This document shows, one piece after another, positions 53,165-64,000 of a stretch of DNA of 64,000 bases. The notes below the pieces were generated by a model, which saw only the letters and a program-made list of their open reading frames with translations, did not search any database and was not told the origin of the DNA. The position numbers and the translations under genes were made by a program. Source of the DNA: Oscillospiraceae bacterium (GTDB taxonomy: Bacteria > Bacillota > Clostridia > Oscillospirales > Oscillospiraceae). The stretch is taken from contig JAFSUG010000001.1 of the NCBI GenBank assembly GCA_017445385.1, positions 80,969 through 144,968 on the forward strand, in the 5' to 3' direction. Each line of letters begins with the position of its first letter. Positions within the stretch are counted from its first letter, which is position 1.

Positions 53165-55753
53165 TTAGAGCAGTTTTTTCAGTTCGTAAAGCGCGTTCAG
53201 CGCCTCAATCGGCGTCAGCGTTTCAACGTTGATCGCTGCAAGTTTTTCTTCAATCTCACGCGAGCCGAGCTCCAGCATGGAAATCTGGTCGGCAGGCGCT
53301 GCCGCTGCGTGCGATTGCGGCGCGCCGGATTCCAGCTCGTCCAGCAGCTTTCTTGCCCGGGTGATCACGCTTTCGGGCAGCCCCGCGAGCTTCGCAACCT
53401 CAACGCCGTAGCTGGCTGCCGCCGGTCCGGGCACGATCTTGCGCAAAAATACGATATCGCCCTGCCGTTTTTTCACGGCGATGTTGAAATTCTTCAGCCC
53501 CGGCAGCTCGTCCGCCATGGCGGTCAGCTCGTGGTAGTGCGTTGCGAAAAGCGTCTTCGCGCCGAGTTTTTTCGGGTCTGTCGCGTGCTCCAGTACGGCG
53601 CGCGCAATCGCCATGCCGTCAAAGGTGGAGGTGCCGCGCCCGATCTCGTCCAAGATCAGCAGGCTGCGCGGCGTTGCGTGGCGAAGGATCTCCGCCACCT
53701 CGTTCATCTCCACCATGAAGGTGGATTGTCCGCTCGTCAGATCGTCGCTTGCGCCGATGCGCGTAAACAGGCGGTCAACAACGCCGATCTGCGCGGACTT
53801 CGCCGGAACAAAGCTGCCGATCTGCGCCATCAAAACGATCAGCGCCGTCTGGCGCATGTAGGTGGATTTACCTGCCATGTTCGGGCCGGTTATGATTGCC
53901 GCGCGGCAATCGGGCGTGCCGAGATGCACGTCGTTCGGGACGAACAAGCTGTCCTTCAGCATCCGCTCCACTACGGGATGGCGGCCGTCCGTAATGTGGA
54001 TCTTGCCGCTCACGTCAACCGTCGGGCGGACGTAGCGCTGCTTTACGGCAACGGCTGCAAACGCGCACAGCACGTCGGTATAGGCAATGGCGTTTGCCGT
54101 GCGCTGAATGCGCGGCGCAGCGTCGGCGAGCGTTTTGCGCAGCTCGGTAAAGAGATTGTATTCCAGCGCGGTCAGCCGATCTTTTGCCGAAAGGATCGTA
54201 TCTTCTAATTCCTTCAGCTCCTGCGTGATGTACCGCTCGCAGTTCACAAGCGTCTGCTTGCGGATGTAGGTATCGGGCACAAGATCAATCTGCCCCTTCG
54301 CAACCTCGATGTAGTAGCCGAAAACGCGGTTGTATCCAACGCGCAGATTTTTGATGCCCGTCTTTTCTTTTTCTTCTGCTTCCATCCGGGCAATCACGTC
54401 TTTGCCGCCCGTCTGAATCTCGCGCAGGCGGTCCACCTCTTCGCTGTAACCCCTGCGGATCATGCCGCCCTCGCGCACGGTGAACGGGGGATCGTCCACG
54501 ATCGCGCGGTCGATCAGCGTTTTGAGATCGTCCAGAGGATCCAGCTCCGCATAGAGCACCTGCAGCAGCGGATCGTTCAGCGCCGCGAGGCGGCTTCGGA
54601 TCTCCGGCAGCGTTTCGCAGCCGGCCGCAAGCGCCGCCATATCGCGCGCGTTCGCGCTGCCGGTAACGATCCGCGCCGTTGCGCGCTCCAAATCGGAAAC
54701 GCTCTTCAGCGCTTCAATCAGCTCCTCGCGCGCAACCGTGCTGTCAACAAGCGTTTGCGTGGCGGAGAGCCGCTTTTCGATCTGCGCCGGATTGAGCAGC
54801 GGCTTTTCCAAAAAGCTGCGCATCATGCGGCTGCCCATCGCGGTTTTCGTTCTGTCCAGAACCCAGAGCAGGCTGCCGCGCTTTTCGCGCGAACGCAGCG
54901 TTTCCGTAAGCTCCAGGTTTTGCCGCGCCGTCAGATCGAGCGTCATATATTTGCTCGTCCGGTAAAAATCCAGCTCCCGAACGTGCGAAAGATCATTCTT
55001 TTGAATTTCGCGCAGCGCCGTCAGCATAGCGCCCGTGGCAATCGCCGCCTGCTTCGCCTCGGCAATGCCGAGCTCCTGCGCCGTTTTGCCGAACTGCGCT
55101 TGCAGCGCCTGCAAACAGGCGTTTTCTTCAAATGCTTCGTCCGCGCCGAGATTGACGCAGCAGCTCAGCCGCTCGGTCAGCGTCTGCTGCAGGAGCGCGT
55201 CTTGCTTCGCGCTTCCGCCGATCAGAACCTCCGCCGGCTGAAACCGCGCAAGCTCGTCCGCGATGGCGTCGCTCTTTTCCGCGGCTGTCGCGTGGCAGGC
55301 GCCGGTTGAAATATCGCAAAAGCTGATGCCGAAGCCGTTTTCATCGCCCCAAACGCAGGCGTAGTAGTTGTTTTTGCTCTCATCGAGCATCGAGCTTTCC
55401 GTAACGCTGCCGGGCGTTACAACGCGGATGATCTCGCGTTTTACAAGCCCCTTCGCAAGTGCCGGATCTTCCGTCTGCTCGCAGATGGCAACCTTGTACC
55501 CGCGCGCAACGAGCCGCGCGATATAGCTCTCGGAGGAGTGAAACGGAATGCCGCACATCGGAATGCGTTCGTCGTCGGACTTTGTTTTGTCCTTGTCGCG
55601 CGTTGTCAGCGCAAGATCCAGCTCCTTCGATGCGATCCGCGCGTCCTCGTCGAACATCTCATAGAAGTCGCCGAGGCGGAAGAAGAGAATGCTGTCCTGG
55701 TTTTCCGCTTTGATCTGCATATACTGCCGCATCATGGGTGTCAGCTCAGCCAT
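53165..55753 (-). CDS. mutS: DNA mismatch repair protein MutS
   Basis: 862 aa. TPMMRQYMQIKAENQDSILFFRLGDFYEMF... Walker A is ITGPNMAGKST. ...STFMVEM... is present. Confidence 0.97.
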   Translation of the reverse strand: MAELTPMMRQYMQIKAENQDSILFFRLGDFYEMFDEDARIASKELDLALTTRDKDKTKSDDERIPMCGIPFHSSESYIARLVARGYKVAICEQTEDPALAKGLVKREIIRVVTPGSVTESSMLDESKNNYYACVWGDENGFGISFCDISTGACHATAAEKSDAIADELARFQPAEVLIGGSAKQDALLQQTLTERLSCCVNLGADEAFEENACLQALQAQFGKTAQELGIAEAKQAAIATGAMLTALREIQKNDLSHVRELDFYRTSKYMTLDLTARQNLELTETLRSREKRGSLLWVLDRTKTAMGSRMMRSFLEKPLLNPAQIEKRLSATQTLVDSTVAREELIEALKSVSDLERATARIVTGSANARDMAALAAGCETLPEIRSRLAALNDPLLQVLYAELDPLDDLKTLIDRAIVDDPPFTVREGGMIRRGYSEEVDRLREIQTGGKDVIARMEAEEKEKTGIKNLRVGYNRVFGYYIEVAKGQIDLVPDTYIRKQTLVNCERYITQELKELEDTILSAKDRLTALEYNLFTELRKTLADAAPRIQRTANAIAYTDVLCAFAAVAVKQRYVRPTVDVSGKIHITDGRHPVVERMLKDSLFVPNDVHLGTPDCRAAIITGPNMAGKSTYMRQTALIVLMAQIGSFVPAKSAQIGVVDRLFTRIGASDDLTSGQSTFMVEMNEVAEILRHATPRSLLILDEIGRGTSTFDGMAIARAVLEHATDPKKLGAKTLFATHYHELTAMADELPGLKNFNIAVKKRQGDIVFLRKIVPGPAAASYGVEVAKLAGLPESVITRARKLLDELESGAPQSHAAAAPADQISMLELGSREIEEKLAAINVETLTPIEALNALYELKKLL

Positions 55754-57167
55754 GTTCTCCCTCCTTTTTCAGTTTGCCTACAAGGCTCCACGTTGTATTG
55801 TCGGTAATGATAACGTCGGCAAACGTGCCGATCAGCGCTTCATCGCCCTTTATGCGGACGAGCCGTCCGCCCTCCGTGCGCGACGTGAGCAGCTCGCCGT
55901 CTTTGCCGTCGATCAAAACGCGAACCGTCTTGCCGATATAATCGTGGTGCAGCTCGGCGGAAATGCCGTCCTGCAGCGCAACGAGGCGGTCAAACCGCGC
56001 GTTTTTCTCCGCCTTCGGTGTGGGATCGTCCATCTCCGCGGCGGGCGTACCCTTGCGCGGTGAAAAGATGAACGTGAACAGCGCGTCGTAGCGCACGTCT
56101 GCGATCAGCTTGAGCGTTTCGGAAAAATCCGCTTCCGTTTCGCCGGGGAAACCCACGATCACGTCGCTCGTTAAGATCAGCTCCGGCATCACCTGCCGCG
56201 CGTAGGCAATCAGCTCGCGGTAGTGCGCGCTGTCGTAGTGGCGGTTCATCGCCTTGAGAATGCGGTCGCTGCCGGATTGGAACGGCAAGTGCAGCTGCTT
56301 TGCGATCTTCGGATATTTCGCCATCGTGTCAAACAGCTTTTTGCCGGCATCTCTCGGGTGGCTCGTCATAAAGCGGAGCAGAAACTCGCCCGGAAGCTCG
56401 GCAAGCTGCGCGAGCAGATCGGAAAAATCCATCGGTTCGGGCAAGTCCTTGCCGTAGGAGTTTACGTTCTGCCCCAGAAGCGTAATGTCCTTGTAGCCGG
56501 CGGCAATCAGTCCGCGTACTTCCGCAATCACGTCCTGCGGCGCGCGGCTGCGCTCCCGTCCGCGCACGTAGGGGACGATGCAGTACGAGCAAAAGTTGTT
56601 GCAGCCGTACATGATCGAAACCCACGCCTTGAGCGTGTTTTGCCGCACGGTCGGAAGCCCTTCACAGATAACGCCTGCCGAATCCTCCACCGCGAAAACG
56701 CGCTTGCCGGTGGTCAGCACGGTGCTGAGCAGCTCAGGAAAACGCCAAAGCTGGTGGGGGTTGAATACGCCGTCCACGTGGCGGTAGCTTTTTTTGATGC
56801 GCTCGGCGGCGTGGGGTTGTCCCATCATGCAGCCGCAGAGAAAGATTTTCTGCCCTTCGTGGCGGCGTTTCGTATGTACAAGCGCGCCGACGTTGCCGTA
56901 AACGCGCTGCTCGGCGTGCTCACGGATGGCGCACGTGTTTATAACGATCACGTCCGCGCCTTCTTCGGTATCGCAGATCGCGTAGCCGCAATCCTGCAGC
57001 ATACCGCGCAGATGCTCGGAGTCCGCCTCGTTCTGCTGGCAGCCATACGTATCCACAAACGCAAGCGGCGTGCGCTTTTGCGCCTGCCAATAGCGCTTGA
57101 TCGCATCGCAGTATGCCCTTTGCTCCGCAATCTGCTGCGGCGTAATCTGTACGGTTTTGCGCTCCAA
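55746..57167 (-). CDS. miaB: tRNA-i6A37 methylthiotransferase MiaB
   Basis: 473 aa. It has the UPF0004 N-domain (FVDTYGCQQNEADSE), the radical-SAM cluster CNNFCSYCIVP, and a C-terminal TRAM domain. Confidence 0.95.
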   Translation of the reverse strand: MERKTVQITPQQIAEQRAYCDAIKRYWQAQKRTPLAFVDTYGCQQNEADSEHLRGMLQDCGYAICDTEEGADVIVINTCAIREHAEQRVYGNVGALVHTKRRHEGQKIFLCGCMMGQPHAAERIKKSYRHVDGVFNPHQLWRFPELLSTVLTTGKRVFAVEDSAGVICEGLPTVRQNTLKAWVSIMYGCNNFCSYCIVPYVRGRERSRAPQDVIAEVRGLIAAGYKDITLLGQNVNSYGKDLPEPMDFSDLLAQLAELPGEFLLRFMTSHPRDAGKKLFDTMAKYPKIAKQLHLPFQSGSDRILKAMNRHYDSAHYRELIAYARQVMPELILTSDVIVGFPGETEADFSETLKLIADVRYDALFTFIFSPRKGTPAAEMDDPTPKAEKNARFDRLVALQDGISAELHHDYIGKTVRVLIDGKDGELLTSRTEGGRLVRIKGDEALIGTFADVIITDNTTWSLVGKLKKEGEHG

Positions 57168-57259
57168 CGGGACTTCCTCCTGAAACGATAATAATTCACC
57201 TTAAAATATACCATTTTTTGCGCTTGAATGCAACGGTGAAAGCAAGAAAAAATCCCCCG

Positions 57260-57288
57260 TTGCAATTGCGGCGGCTTCGTGGTAAAAT
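57260..57288 (+). promoter_or_regulatory. Sigma-A-type promoter for the PPIase gene
   Basis: TTGCAA (57260-57265), 17 nt spacer, TGgTAAAAT (-10 at 57283-57288). Confidence 0.5.
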
Positions 57289-57336
57289 TTCTCTATCAAA
57301 GCCCCTTTGGGGACTCTATTGCAAAGGATGAACGCT

Positions 57337-58824
57337 ATGTCGAATGATTTTGAACCGCACATGGATGAAACCGAGCAGCTTCCCGAAGAACAGCCGATCG
57401 AACCGGCTGAAGCAGAGCCGGAAGAAACGCCCGTGCAGGAAGAGCCTTTAGAGCAAGCTGCGGAAGCGGAAACCGAACAGGCAGCGGAAGATGCGCCGGA
57501 AGCGGAAGAAGTTTCAGCGGACGATGCGCCGGAAGAAGCGCCGCTTACCCCTGCACCGAAGAAGAAAAAGATCGGCGGCTGGATCGCGCTTGCGGTCGTG
57601 CTTGTGTGCGCCGCTGTCTGCGCGGTGCTGTATTTTTCGTGGCTGAACGGAACGGCACTGCCGACCGAGCAAACGGAAGCAGCCGAAGCAGCGGAGGAGC
57701 CCGATATTGTAATCAAGGGCATCGGCTCTGTCAGCATCGAAGCCGACGGCGCAACGGAAGACGTTATGAAAACGGTTGTTGCGGTCAATCGCCGCCGCGA
57801 TTTCTTCGGCTGGGTGCAGTCGCTCCTGCCGGAAGGCGGCGCATCGGAAAAGAATGCGCTTACAAATGCGCAGCTTGCCGTGCATTATTGGAACGCCGTT
57901 TATCAGTTCAGCAATCAGTATTATTACTTTGCCGATTCGCTCGGATTTGACCTGCAGCACATGGATACAGCCGAAGCTGAAGAGGGCTGGACGTGGCAGG
58001 AATTCTTCCTTTCCAGCGCGCTCAGCGCGTTCCGTTCGCAAAACGCCGCGTATCAGCAGTCGCTTGCCGAAGGTTTTGCGCTCAGCGAAGAGCTGCAGGC
58101 GGACTATGATTCCATGGTGGAAGAGCTGAACGGCATGGAAGATATTGATCAGCAGCTTCAAACCGTCTATGGCCCGGGCGTAACGCTTGAGGACTATTTC
58201 ACGGTTATGAAGATGAACTACGCCTACGTTTCCTATCTCCAGCACTATTCCGACAGCCTCAACCCGACCGAGGACGAGCTGCGCGCCTACTATGACGAAA
58301 ACGCGGAAGACTACGAAAGCCGCGGCATTGAGCCTTCGGACGTTGCGGCGGTCAACGTGCGCCATATTCTGATCGTCCCGGAAGATGCTGAAAACGACGA
58401 GAGCTGGACGGCTGCCGAAACGCGTGCGCAGGAAATCTACGAACGCTGGAAGAGCGAGGGGGCAACGGAAGACGGCTTTGCCGAGCTTGCCGAAATGGAA
58501 AGCGAAGATCCCGGCTCGAAGTCGACCGGCGGCCTGTATGAGGGCGTTTACCCCGGTCAGATGGTTGAAGCGTTCAACGATTGGTGCTTCGATGCCTCGC
58601 GCAAGACGGGCGACAGCGGCATTGTCCGCACGGAATACGGTTTCCACATCATGTACTTCGTCAGCGCGGAGGATACGCCCTACTGGCTGACGCAGATCGA
58701 TGCGGACTACCGCAACGCGAAGACGCAGGAGCATATCGAAGCGCTTTCAAAGCAGTATACGATCAGCTACGATACCTCGAAGTTCGTGATTGCGCTGCCC
58801 GATCAGATCGCCAATCAGGAGTAA
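57337..58824 (+). CDS. Membrane-anchored parvulin-type (PpiC/PrsA-like) peptidyl-prolyl isomerase with acidic N-terminal tail
   Basis: A Glu/Pro/Ala-rich N-terminus and one TM helix (IGGWIALAVVLVCAAVCAVLYF) are followed by the PpiC domain ...VRHILIV...GGLYEGVYPGQMVEAFNDWCF...IVRTEYGFHIMYF. I chose the start at the ATG at 57337, behind AAAGGA. Confidence 0.85.
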   Translation: MSNDFEPHMDETEQLPEEQPIEPAEAEPEETPVQEEPLEQAAEAETEQAAEDAPEAEEVSADDAPEEAPLTPAPKKKKIGGWIALAVVLVCAAVCAVLYFSWLNGTALPTEQTEAAEAAEEPDIVIKGIGSVSIEADGATEDVMKTVVAVNRRRDFFGWVQSLLPEGGASEKNALTNAQLAVHYWNAVYQFSNQYYYFADSLGFDLQHMDTAEAEEGWTWQEFFLSSALSAFRSQNAAYQQSLAEGFALSEELQADYDSMVEELNGMEDIDQQLQTVYGPGVTLEDYFTVMKMNYAYVSYLQHYSDSLNPTEDELRAYYDENAEDYESRGIEPSDVAAVNVRHILIVPEDAENDESWTAAETRAQEIYERWKSEGATEDGFAELAEMESEDPGSKSTGGLYEGVYPGQMVEAFNDWCFDASRKTGDSGIVRTEYGFHIMYFVSAEDTPYWLTQIDADYRNAKTQEHIEALSKQYTISYDTSKFVIALPDQIANQE

Positions 58825-58829
58825 TTGCA

Positions 58830-58872
58830 AATAAAAAACCACTTGGGCTGAAGCCCAAGTGGTTTTTATTTG
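58830..58872. terminator. Bidirectional intrinsic terminator (PPIase / rpiB)
   Basis: AAAAACCACTTGGGCtgaaGCCCAAGTGGTTTTT. Confidence 0.75.
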
Positions 58873-58874
58873 CT

Positions 58875-59312
58875 TTAGTTTTCGTAAGCCATCATTTTGT
58901 CGATGCGGCGCTGATGGCGGCCGCCTTCAAATTCGGTGGTGAGCCAGGTGTCGATGATCTCAAGGGCGAGCTTTTCGCCCGTGATCGCCGCGCCGATCGC
59001 CATCATGTTGGTGTCGTTGTGCTGGCGCGTCATCTTTGCCGAAAGCAGATCGTGCAGCAGGGCGCAGCGGATTCCCTTAACCTTGTTGGCGGTTATGGAA
59101 ACGCCGATGCCCGTTGTGCACAGAACGATGCCCTTTTCGCAATCTCCGGCGGCAACCGCCTGCGCGGCAGGGCCGGCAAAATCGGGATAGTCGCAGCTAT
59201 CAAGGGAATGCGTGCCGAAGTCTTCGACCTCATAGCCCTTTTCCGTCAGATGCTTTTTCACGGTTTCTTTCAGCGTATATGCGCCGTGATCGCAAGCAAT
59301 CGCAAGTTTCAT
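58875..59312 (-). CDS. rpiB: Ribose-5-phosphate isomerase B
   Basis: MKLAIACDHGAYTLKETVKKHLTEKGYEVEDFGTHSLDSCDYPDFA...GIVLCTTGIGVSITANKVKGIRCALLHD. AGGAGG lies 6 nt before this ATG. Confidence 0.93.
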   Translation of the reverse strand: MKLAIACDHGAYTLKETVKKHLTEKGYEVEDFGTHSLDSCDYPDFAGPAAQAVAAGDCEKGIVLCTTGIGVSITANKVKGIRCALLHDLLSAKMTRQHNDTNMMAIGAAITGEKLALEIIDTWLTTEFEGGRHQRRIDKMMAYEN

Positions 59313-59322
59313 AATCATCCTC

Positions 59323-60387
59323 CTAAAATGTTCGTATCAGTTGATAAGCAGTCAGTGCAAGCGTCCAGAGCGTGGGAACGGCAAGCGTTATAATGGCAAG
59401 CGTGCGGTGCTTGCGCGCGAACATGCGGCGCGTGAGCCAAGCAAGCGTCGGTGCGGCAAGCGCGGGTAAAATCGCGGCTGCTGTGATAAACCACATAATG
59501 CCTGCCGCAACATCCCATATAAGCAGATACAGCGCCGTGCGGTCGTGGCGGCGGATTGCGCCGTGCAGAAGAAGCGGCGCACCCGCAAGCAGAACTGCCG
59601 CGCTCGGAAAATCAAACCACTTAAGCTGCGATAGGCGCCAGCCGAGCGCGAAATCAAATTTCGGTGTAAGCTGCGCAAGTGTCCAGCGATAGTAGTTCGG
59701 GTCAGAGAGGAAAGCAAGCGAATTCGTCCAATGGACAAAAGCACCGATTGCACCCAGCACAAGCGCAAAAACGAACACAACAAAACCGAGCGTTGCCGGC
59801 AGACGCCAGAAGCTGCATTCATCGTCCCGGATGCGGCGCAGCAGCACCGCAGTAACGATAATCAGCAGCGGAACGGCAAGCAGAATATTGCCGAAAAGCT
59901 GCATCCAGAACGCGAGAAGAAGCATTGCCGCAGCAAGATAAATCCATGACCAGAAGCCGAAGCCGTCTTTTACCCAAAGCCAAACGAGGAGCACGATTGC
60001 AGCCGCAGGCAAGAGCATCGGCGGCAGATTGCCGACGGTCAGTACCATCGCGCAGGACAGCAGCGAAAGAAGCACGCCGTTTCCAAGCAGCCGCAAAAGG
60101 AGATAGCAGACCGCGCCGAGCAAAAATGCCGCGGGCGTAAAAACGGCAGGGGAGAGGCGCACAAGCAGGCTCAACACAAGCCAAAGTCCTGCGCAAAGCG
60201 CCGCCGGGATTAGGCAGAAAAGCCAGTCGTAGCCGCCAAAAGGCTTTTCTGCTTCCGGAATGTTCCATTCCGGCTTATCATAAGTTTGGATCCATTCCAG
60301 CGTGCCTTTTTTCGGGTGCTCCGCGTGCAGGAAAAAAACGCTGTAAACTGCTAAAAGCGCAACGATTAACAAATAGACAGGCAACAT
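59323..60387 (-). CDS. Polytopic membrane protein, function unknown
   Basis: I trimmed the track ORF to MLPVYLLIVALLAVYSVFF... (GAGGTG 6 nt upstream). It has about 10 hydrophobic helices and no motif I recognise. Confidence 0.7.
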   Translation of the reverse strand: MLPVYLLIVALLAVYSVFFLHAEHPKKGTLEWIQTYDKPEWNIPEAEKPFGGYDWLFCLIPAALCAGLWLVLSLLVRLSPAVFTPAAFLLGAVCYLLLRLLGNGVLLSLLSCAMVLTVGNLPPMLLPAAAIVLLVWLWVKDGFGFWSWIYLAAAMLLLAFWMQLFGNILLAVPLLIIVTAVLLRRIRDDECSFWRLPATLGFVVFVFALVLGAIGAFVHWTNSLAFLSDPNYYRWTLAQLTPKFDFALGWRLSQLKWFDFPSAAVLLAGAPLLLHGAIRRHDRTALYLLIWDVAAGIMWFITAAAILPALAAPTLAWLTRRMFARKHRTLAIITLAVPTLWTLALTAYQLIRTF

Positions 60388-60472
60388 TTTGCTCACCTCA
60401 CGAAAAGTATAGCAGATTTTTCCGCGAAAGGCAACGCCTACCGCACTGTCGAATCCTGTCGAACGATTTCGC

Positions 60473-60681
60473 TTGCATAAATTGCCGAATCGTGGTACAG
60501 TGTGGGTGTCACATAGTTTCCCAAAACCGAATATCAGTACACGGCGGTTGCATTGGTAAAAATGCAGCTTCATGATGCTGTGTGCTGATTTCGGTACGGG
60601 CGGAAACTGTGTGACAACAGGGAGCTGCGTTTTTCGGTGACGCGGCTTCGCTGCGTCACTTTTTTATTTGGAGGAACGATT
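60473..60681 (+). promoter_or_regulatory. Promoter plus about 150-nt structured leader with intrinsic terminator (candidate riboswitch/attenuator), copy B
   Basis: TTGCAT (60473-60478), 17 nt spacer, TGgTACAGT (-10 at 60496-60501). Nested helices follow. The terminator is GTGACGCGGC-TTC-GCTGCGTCAC (60637-60659) plus TTTTTTATT. The SD GGAGGA lies immediately after. Confidence 0.5.
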
Positions 60682-60840
60682 ATGCAGCAAACGGACTACA
60701 AGGCGCTTTATTATGCGTTATTCGGAAAGGTGGCTGACGCGACCGACGCGCTGGAGCTCGGAAACACGGAAAAGGCGCTGGAAATACTGATTGCCGCGCA
60801 ACAGGAAGCGGAAGCGGCATATTTGAACGTGCAGGAATAA
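60682..60840 (+). CDS. 52-aa helical micro-protein, paralog of the ORF at 4617-4772
   Basis: MQQTDYKALYYALFGKVADATDALELGNTEKALEILIAAQQEAEAAYLNVQE. GGAGGA lies 7 nt upstream. The track ORF (from GTG at 60637) starts inside the terminator hairpin, so I trimmed it. Confidence 0.6.
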   Translation: MQQTDYKALYYALFGKVADATDALELGNTEKALEILIAAQQEAEAAYLNVQE

Positions 60841-60911
60841 AGGGCGATCGTCGATTGCCCGAGTACCGTAAAGCGGGCGATTTATAATCGCCCCTACGCC
60901 GCTGTGACGTA

Positions 60912-60950
60912 CAAAAAAACAGGACGGGATGGGATCCTGTCCTGTTTTTG
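60912..60950. terminator. Bidirectional intrinsic terminator (micro-ORF B / dnaJ)
   Basis: aaaaaaACAGGACGGGATgggATCCTGTCCTGTtttt. Confidence 0.7.
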
Positions 60951-60952
60951 CC

Positions 60953-62083
60953 TTATCCGAAGAATTTTTTCTTTTTCGGGTGGGCGTTTTCGCCAAGCGA
61001 TTCATCGAACTTTTTCAGCAGGTCCTTCTGCGCTTTCGATAGCTTCGCCGGCGTTTCAATTGTTACCGTTACGTATTGATCGCCGCGGTTCTTGTAGCCC
61101 ACGTATGGAATGCCCTTGCCCTTGAGGCGGAACGTTGTGCCGGTCTGCGTGCCTTCGGGAACGCGGTAGCGCACCGGACCGTCCAGCGTCGGCACTTCCA
61201 CCTCGCAGCCGAGCGCCGCCTGCGCGAACGTGATCGGCATTTCGCAAAGCACGTTTGCGCCGTCTCTGCGGAAAATCTCATGCGGACGGATCGTTACCGC
61301 AACGAGCAAATCGCCGTTCGGACCGCCGTTCGAGCCGACGTTGCCCTCGCCGCGCACGCGCACGGATTGACCGTTGTCGATGCCGGCAGGGATGCTCACT
61401 TCGATCTTCTTGTTTTTGCGCACCTTGCCGCGCCCTTTGCAGGTGGGGCAGGGGTCTTTAATGATCTTGCCCGTGCCGCCGCACTTCGGGCAGGCGGAGG
61501 TCTGCGCAAACGCGCCGAAGGCGGTTTGCCGCGTAACGCGCACCGTGCCGGTGCCGCGGCACTGGTCGCAGGTTTCGGGCGCTGCGCCGCCGCGGCAGCC
61601 GCTGCCGTGGCAGTCGGGGCAGTTTTCGATCCGCGGGGAAGTCACTTCTTTTTTACAGCCGAACGCCGCTTCTTCAAACGTGATCGCAACCGCTGCGCTG
61701 GCGTTCTGTCCGCGCGTGGGCGCGTTTGCTCTGCGCGTGGAACCGCCGCCGAACAGGTCGCCGAAAATATCGCCGAAGCCGCCGCCGAAAATATCGCCGA
61801 AACCGCCGCCAAATCCGCCGCCGAAGCCTGCGTTCGGGTTAAAGTTGGGGTCTACACCGGCGAAGCCGAATTGATCGTAACGCGCGCGCTTATCCGGATC
61901 GGAAAGCACCTCGTTTGCCTCGTTGACCTCTTTGAATTTTGCTTCCGCTTCTTTATCGCCTGGGTTCAGATCGGGGTGGTACTTCTGCGCCATTTTGCGG
62001 TATGCGCGCTTGATCTCATCCTCCGAGGCGCTTTTTTCAACGCCCAAAACCTCGTAATAATCTCTCTTGTTTTGGTCAGCCAT
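60953..62083 (-). CDS. dnaJ: Molecular chaperone DnaJ
   Basis: 376 aa. It has the J-domain (DYYEVLGV...YHPDLN), a G/F region and four CxxCxGxG zinc motifs. Confidence 0.97.
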   Translation of the reverse strand: MADQNKRDYYEVLGVEKSASEDEIKRAYRKMAQKYHPDLNPGDKEAEAKFKEVNEANEVLSDPDKRARYDQFGFAGVDPNFNPNAGFGGGFGGGFGDIFGGGFGDIFGDLFGGGSTRRANAPTRGQNASAAVAITFEEAAFGCKKEVTSPRIENCPDCHGSGCRGGAAPETCDQCRGTGTVRVTRQTAFGAFAQTSACPKCGGTGKIIKDPCPTCKGRGKVRKNKKIEVSIPAGIDNGQSVRVRGEGNVGSNGGPNGDLLVAVTIRPHEIFRRDGANVLCEMPITFAQAALGCEVEVPTLDGPVRYRVPEGTQTGTTFRLKGKGIPYVGYKNRGDQYVTVTIETPAKLSKAQKDLLKKFDESLGENAHPKKKKFFG

Positions 62084-62145
62084 ATGCTTTCACCTCTGAA
62101 TACGGATATGGGGCGCACCGCTGGTGCGCCCATATCCGTGCGGGA

Positions 62146-63972
<1,827 letters not shown>

Positions 63973-64000
63973 AATTCATTCCTCCTATAGTTGGGGCAAC

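Noticed and set aside
60841-60905. Two tandem hairpins with near-identical stems (GGGCGAT...ATTGCCC and GGGCGAT-ttata-ATCGCCC) lie downstream of micro-ORF B. I considered a guanidine-II (mini-ykkC)-type tandem hairpin.
   Set aside because: The loops (CGTCG and TTATA) lack the conserved ACGR tetraloop. The hairpins sit in a 3' UTR rather than upstream of a gene. No equivalent hairpins follow copy A.
61760-61830. There is a direct DNA repeat (gccgccgaaaatatcgccgaa, twice) inside dnaJ.
   Set aside because: It encodes the [16 protein letters not shown] part of the normal DnaJ Gly/Phe-rich linker. This is an ordinary low-complexity coding repeat.

Overview
This is a gene-dense, high-GC chromosomal segment with about 60 protein genes, most on the minus strand. 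Gene content and synteny look like a core region of a Clostridia-type Firmicute. This is an inference from blocks such as MurJ/SpoVB-like/mazG/S4(yabO-like)/hup, recJ-relA-dtd, tilS-hpt, rplI-dnaB, yggS-sepF-divIVA-ileS and miaB-mutS-mutL-miaA-hfq.

Nearly everything is housekeeping:
- Translation: infC-rpmI-rplT, rplI, glyQS, ileS with a T-box leader, tRNA-Ala.
- Replication and repair: dnaB, recJ, uvrB, mutSL.
- Chaperones: dnaK, dnaJ.
- Stringent response and c-di-AMP turnover: relA, gdpP.
- Cell division: sepF, divIVA.
- Cell envelope: FemAB-like transferase, racemase, O-antigen-ligase-like protein, and a Wzz/BY-kinase/phosphatase triad.
- A CssRS/HtrA-like two-component-plus-protease block.

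I see no CRISPR array, integrase, transposase, recognisable defence system or toxin-antitoxin pair. I did not find a convincing novel multi-gene system.

The signals that ordinary annotation does not explain are non-coding or small:
1. Two dispersed copies (about 4.6-5.0 kb and 60.5-60.8 kb) of a module made of a conserved promoter, a structured leader of about 150 nt (locus B) to 190 nt (locus A), an intrinsic terminator that is identical over at least 40 nt, and a paralogous 51/52-aa micro-ORF. Compensatory base changes between the copies make this look like an unclassified riboswitch or attenuator.
2. The intergenic region between the capsule-type phosphatase and ileS. It holds tRNA-Ala(CGC), a 21-nt direct duplication of the tRNA 3' end, an inverted 13-nt copy that closes a cloverleaf-like GC-rich fold ending in CCA, and a dense GTGATG/CATCAC hairpin array. 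All of these are boxed in by bidirectional terminators.
3. A one-base frameshift in the N-terminus of the FemAB-family gene.
4. An amidohydrolase whose HxH metal motif is replaced.

Many long ORFs in the supplied track are antisense shadow ORFs typical of high-GC DNA and were not called.
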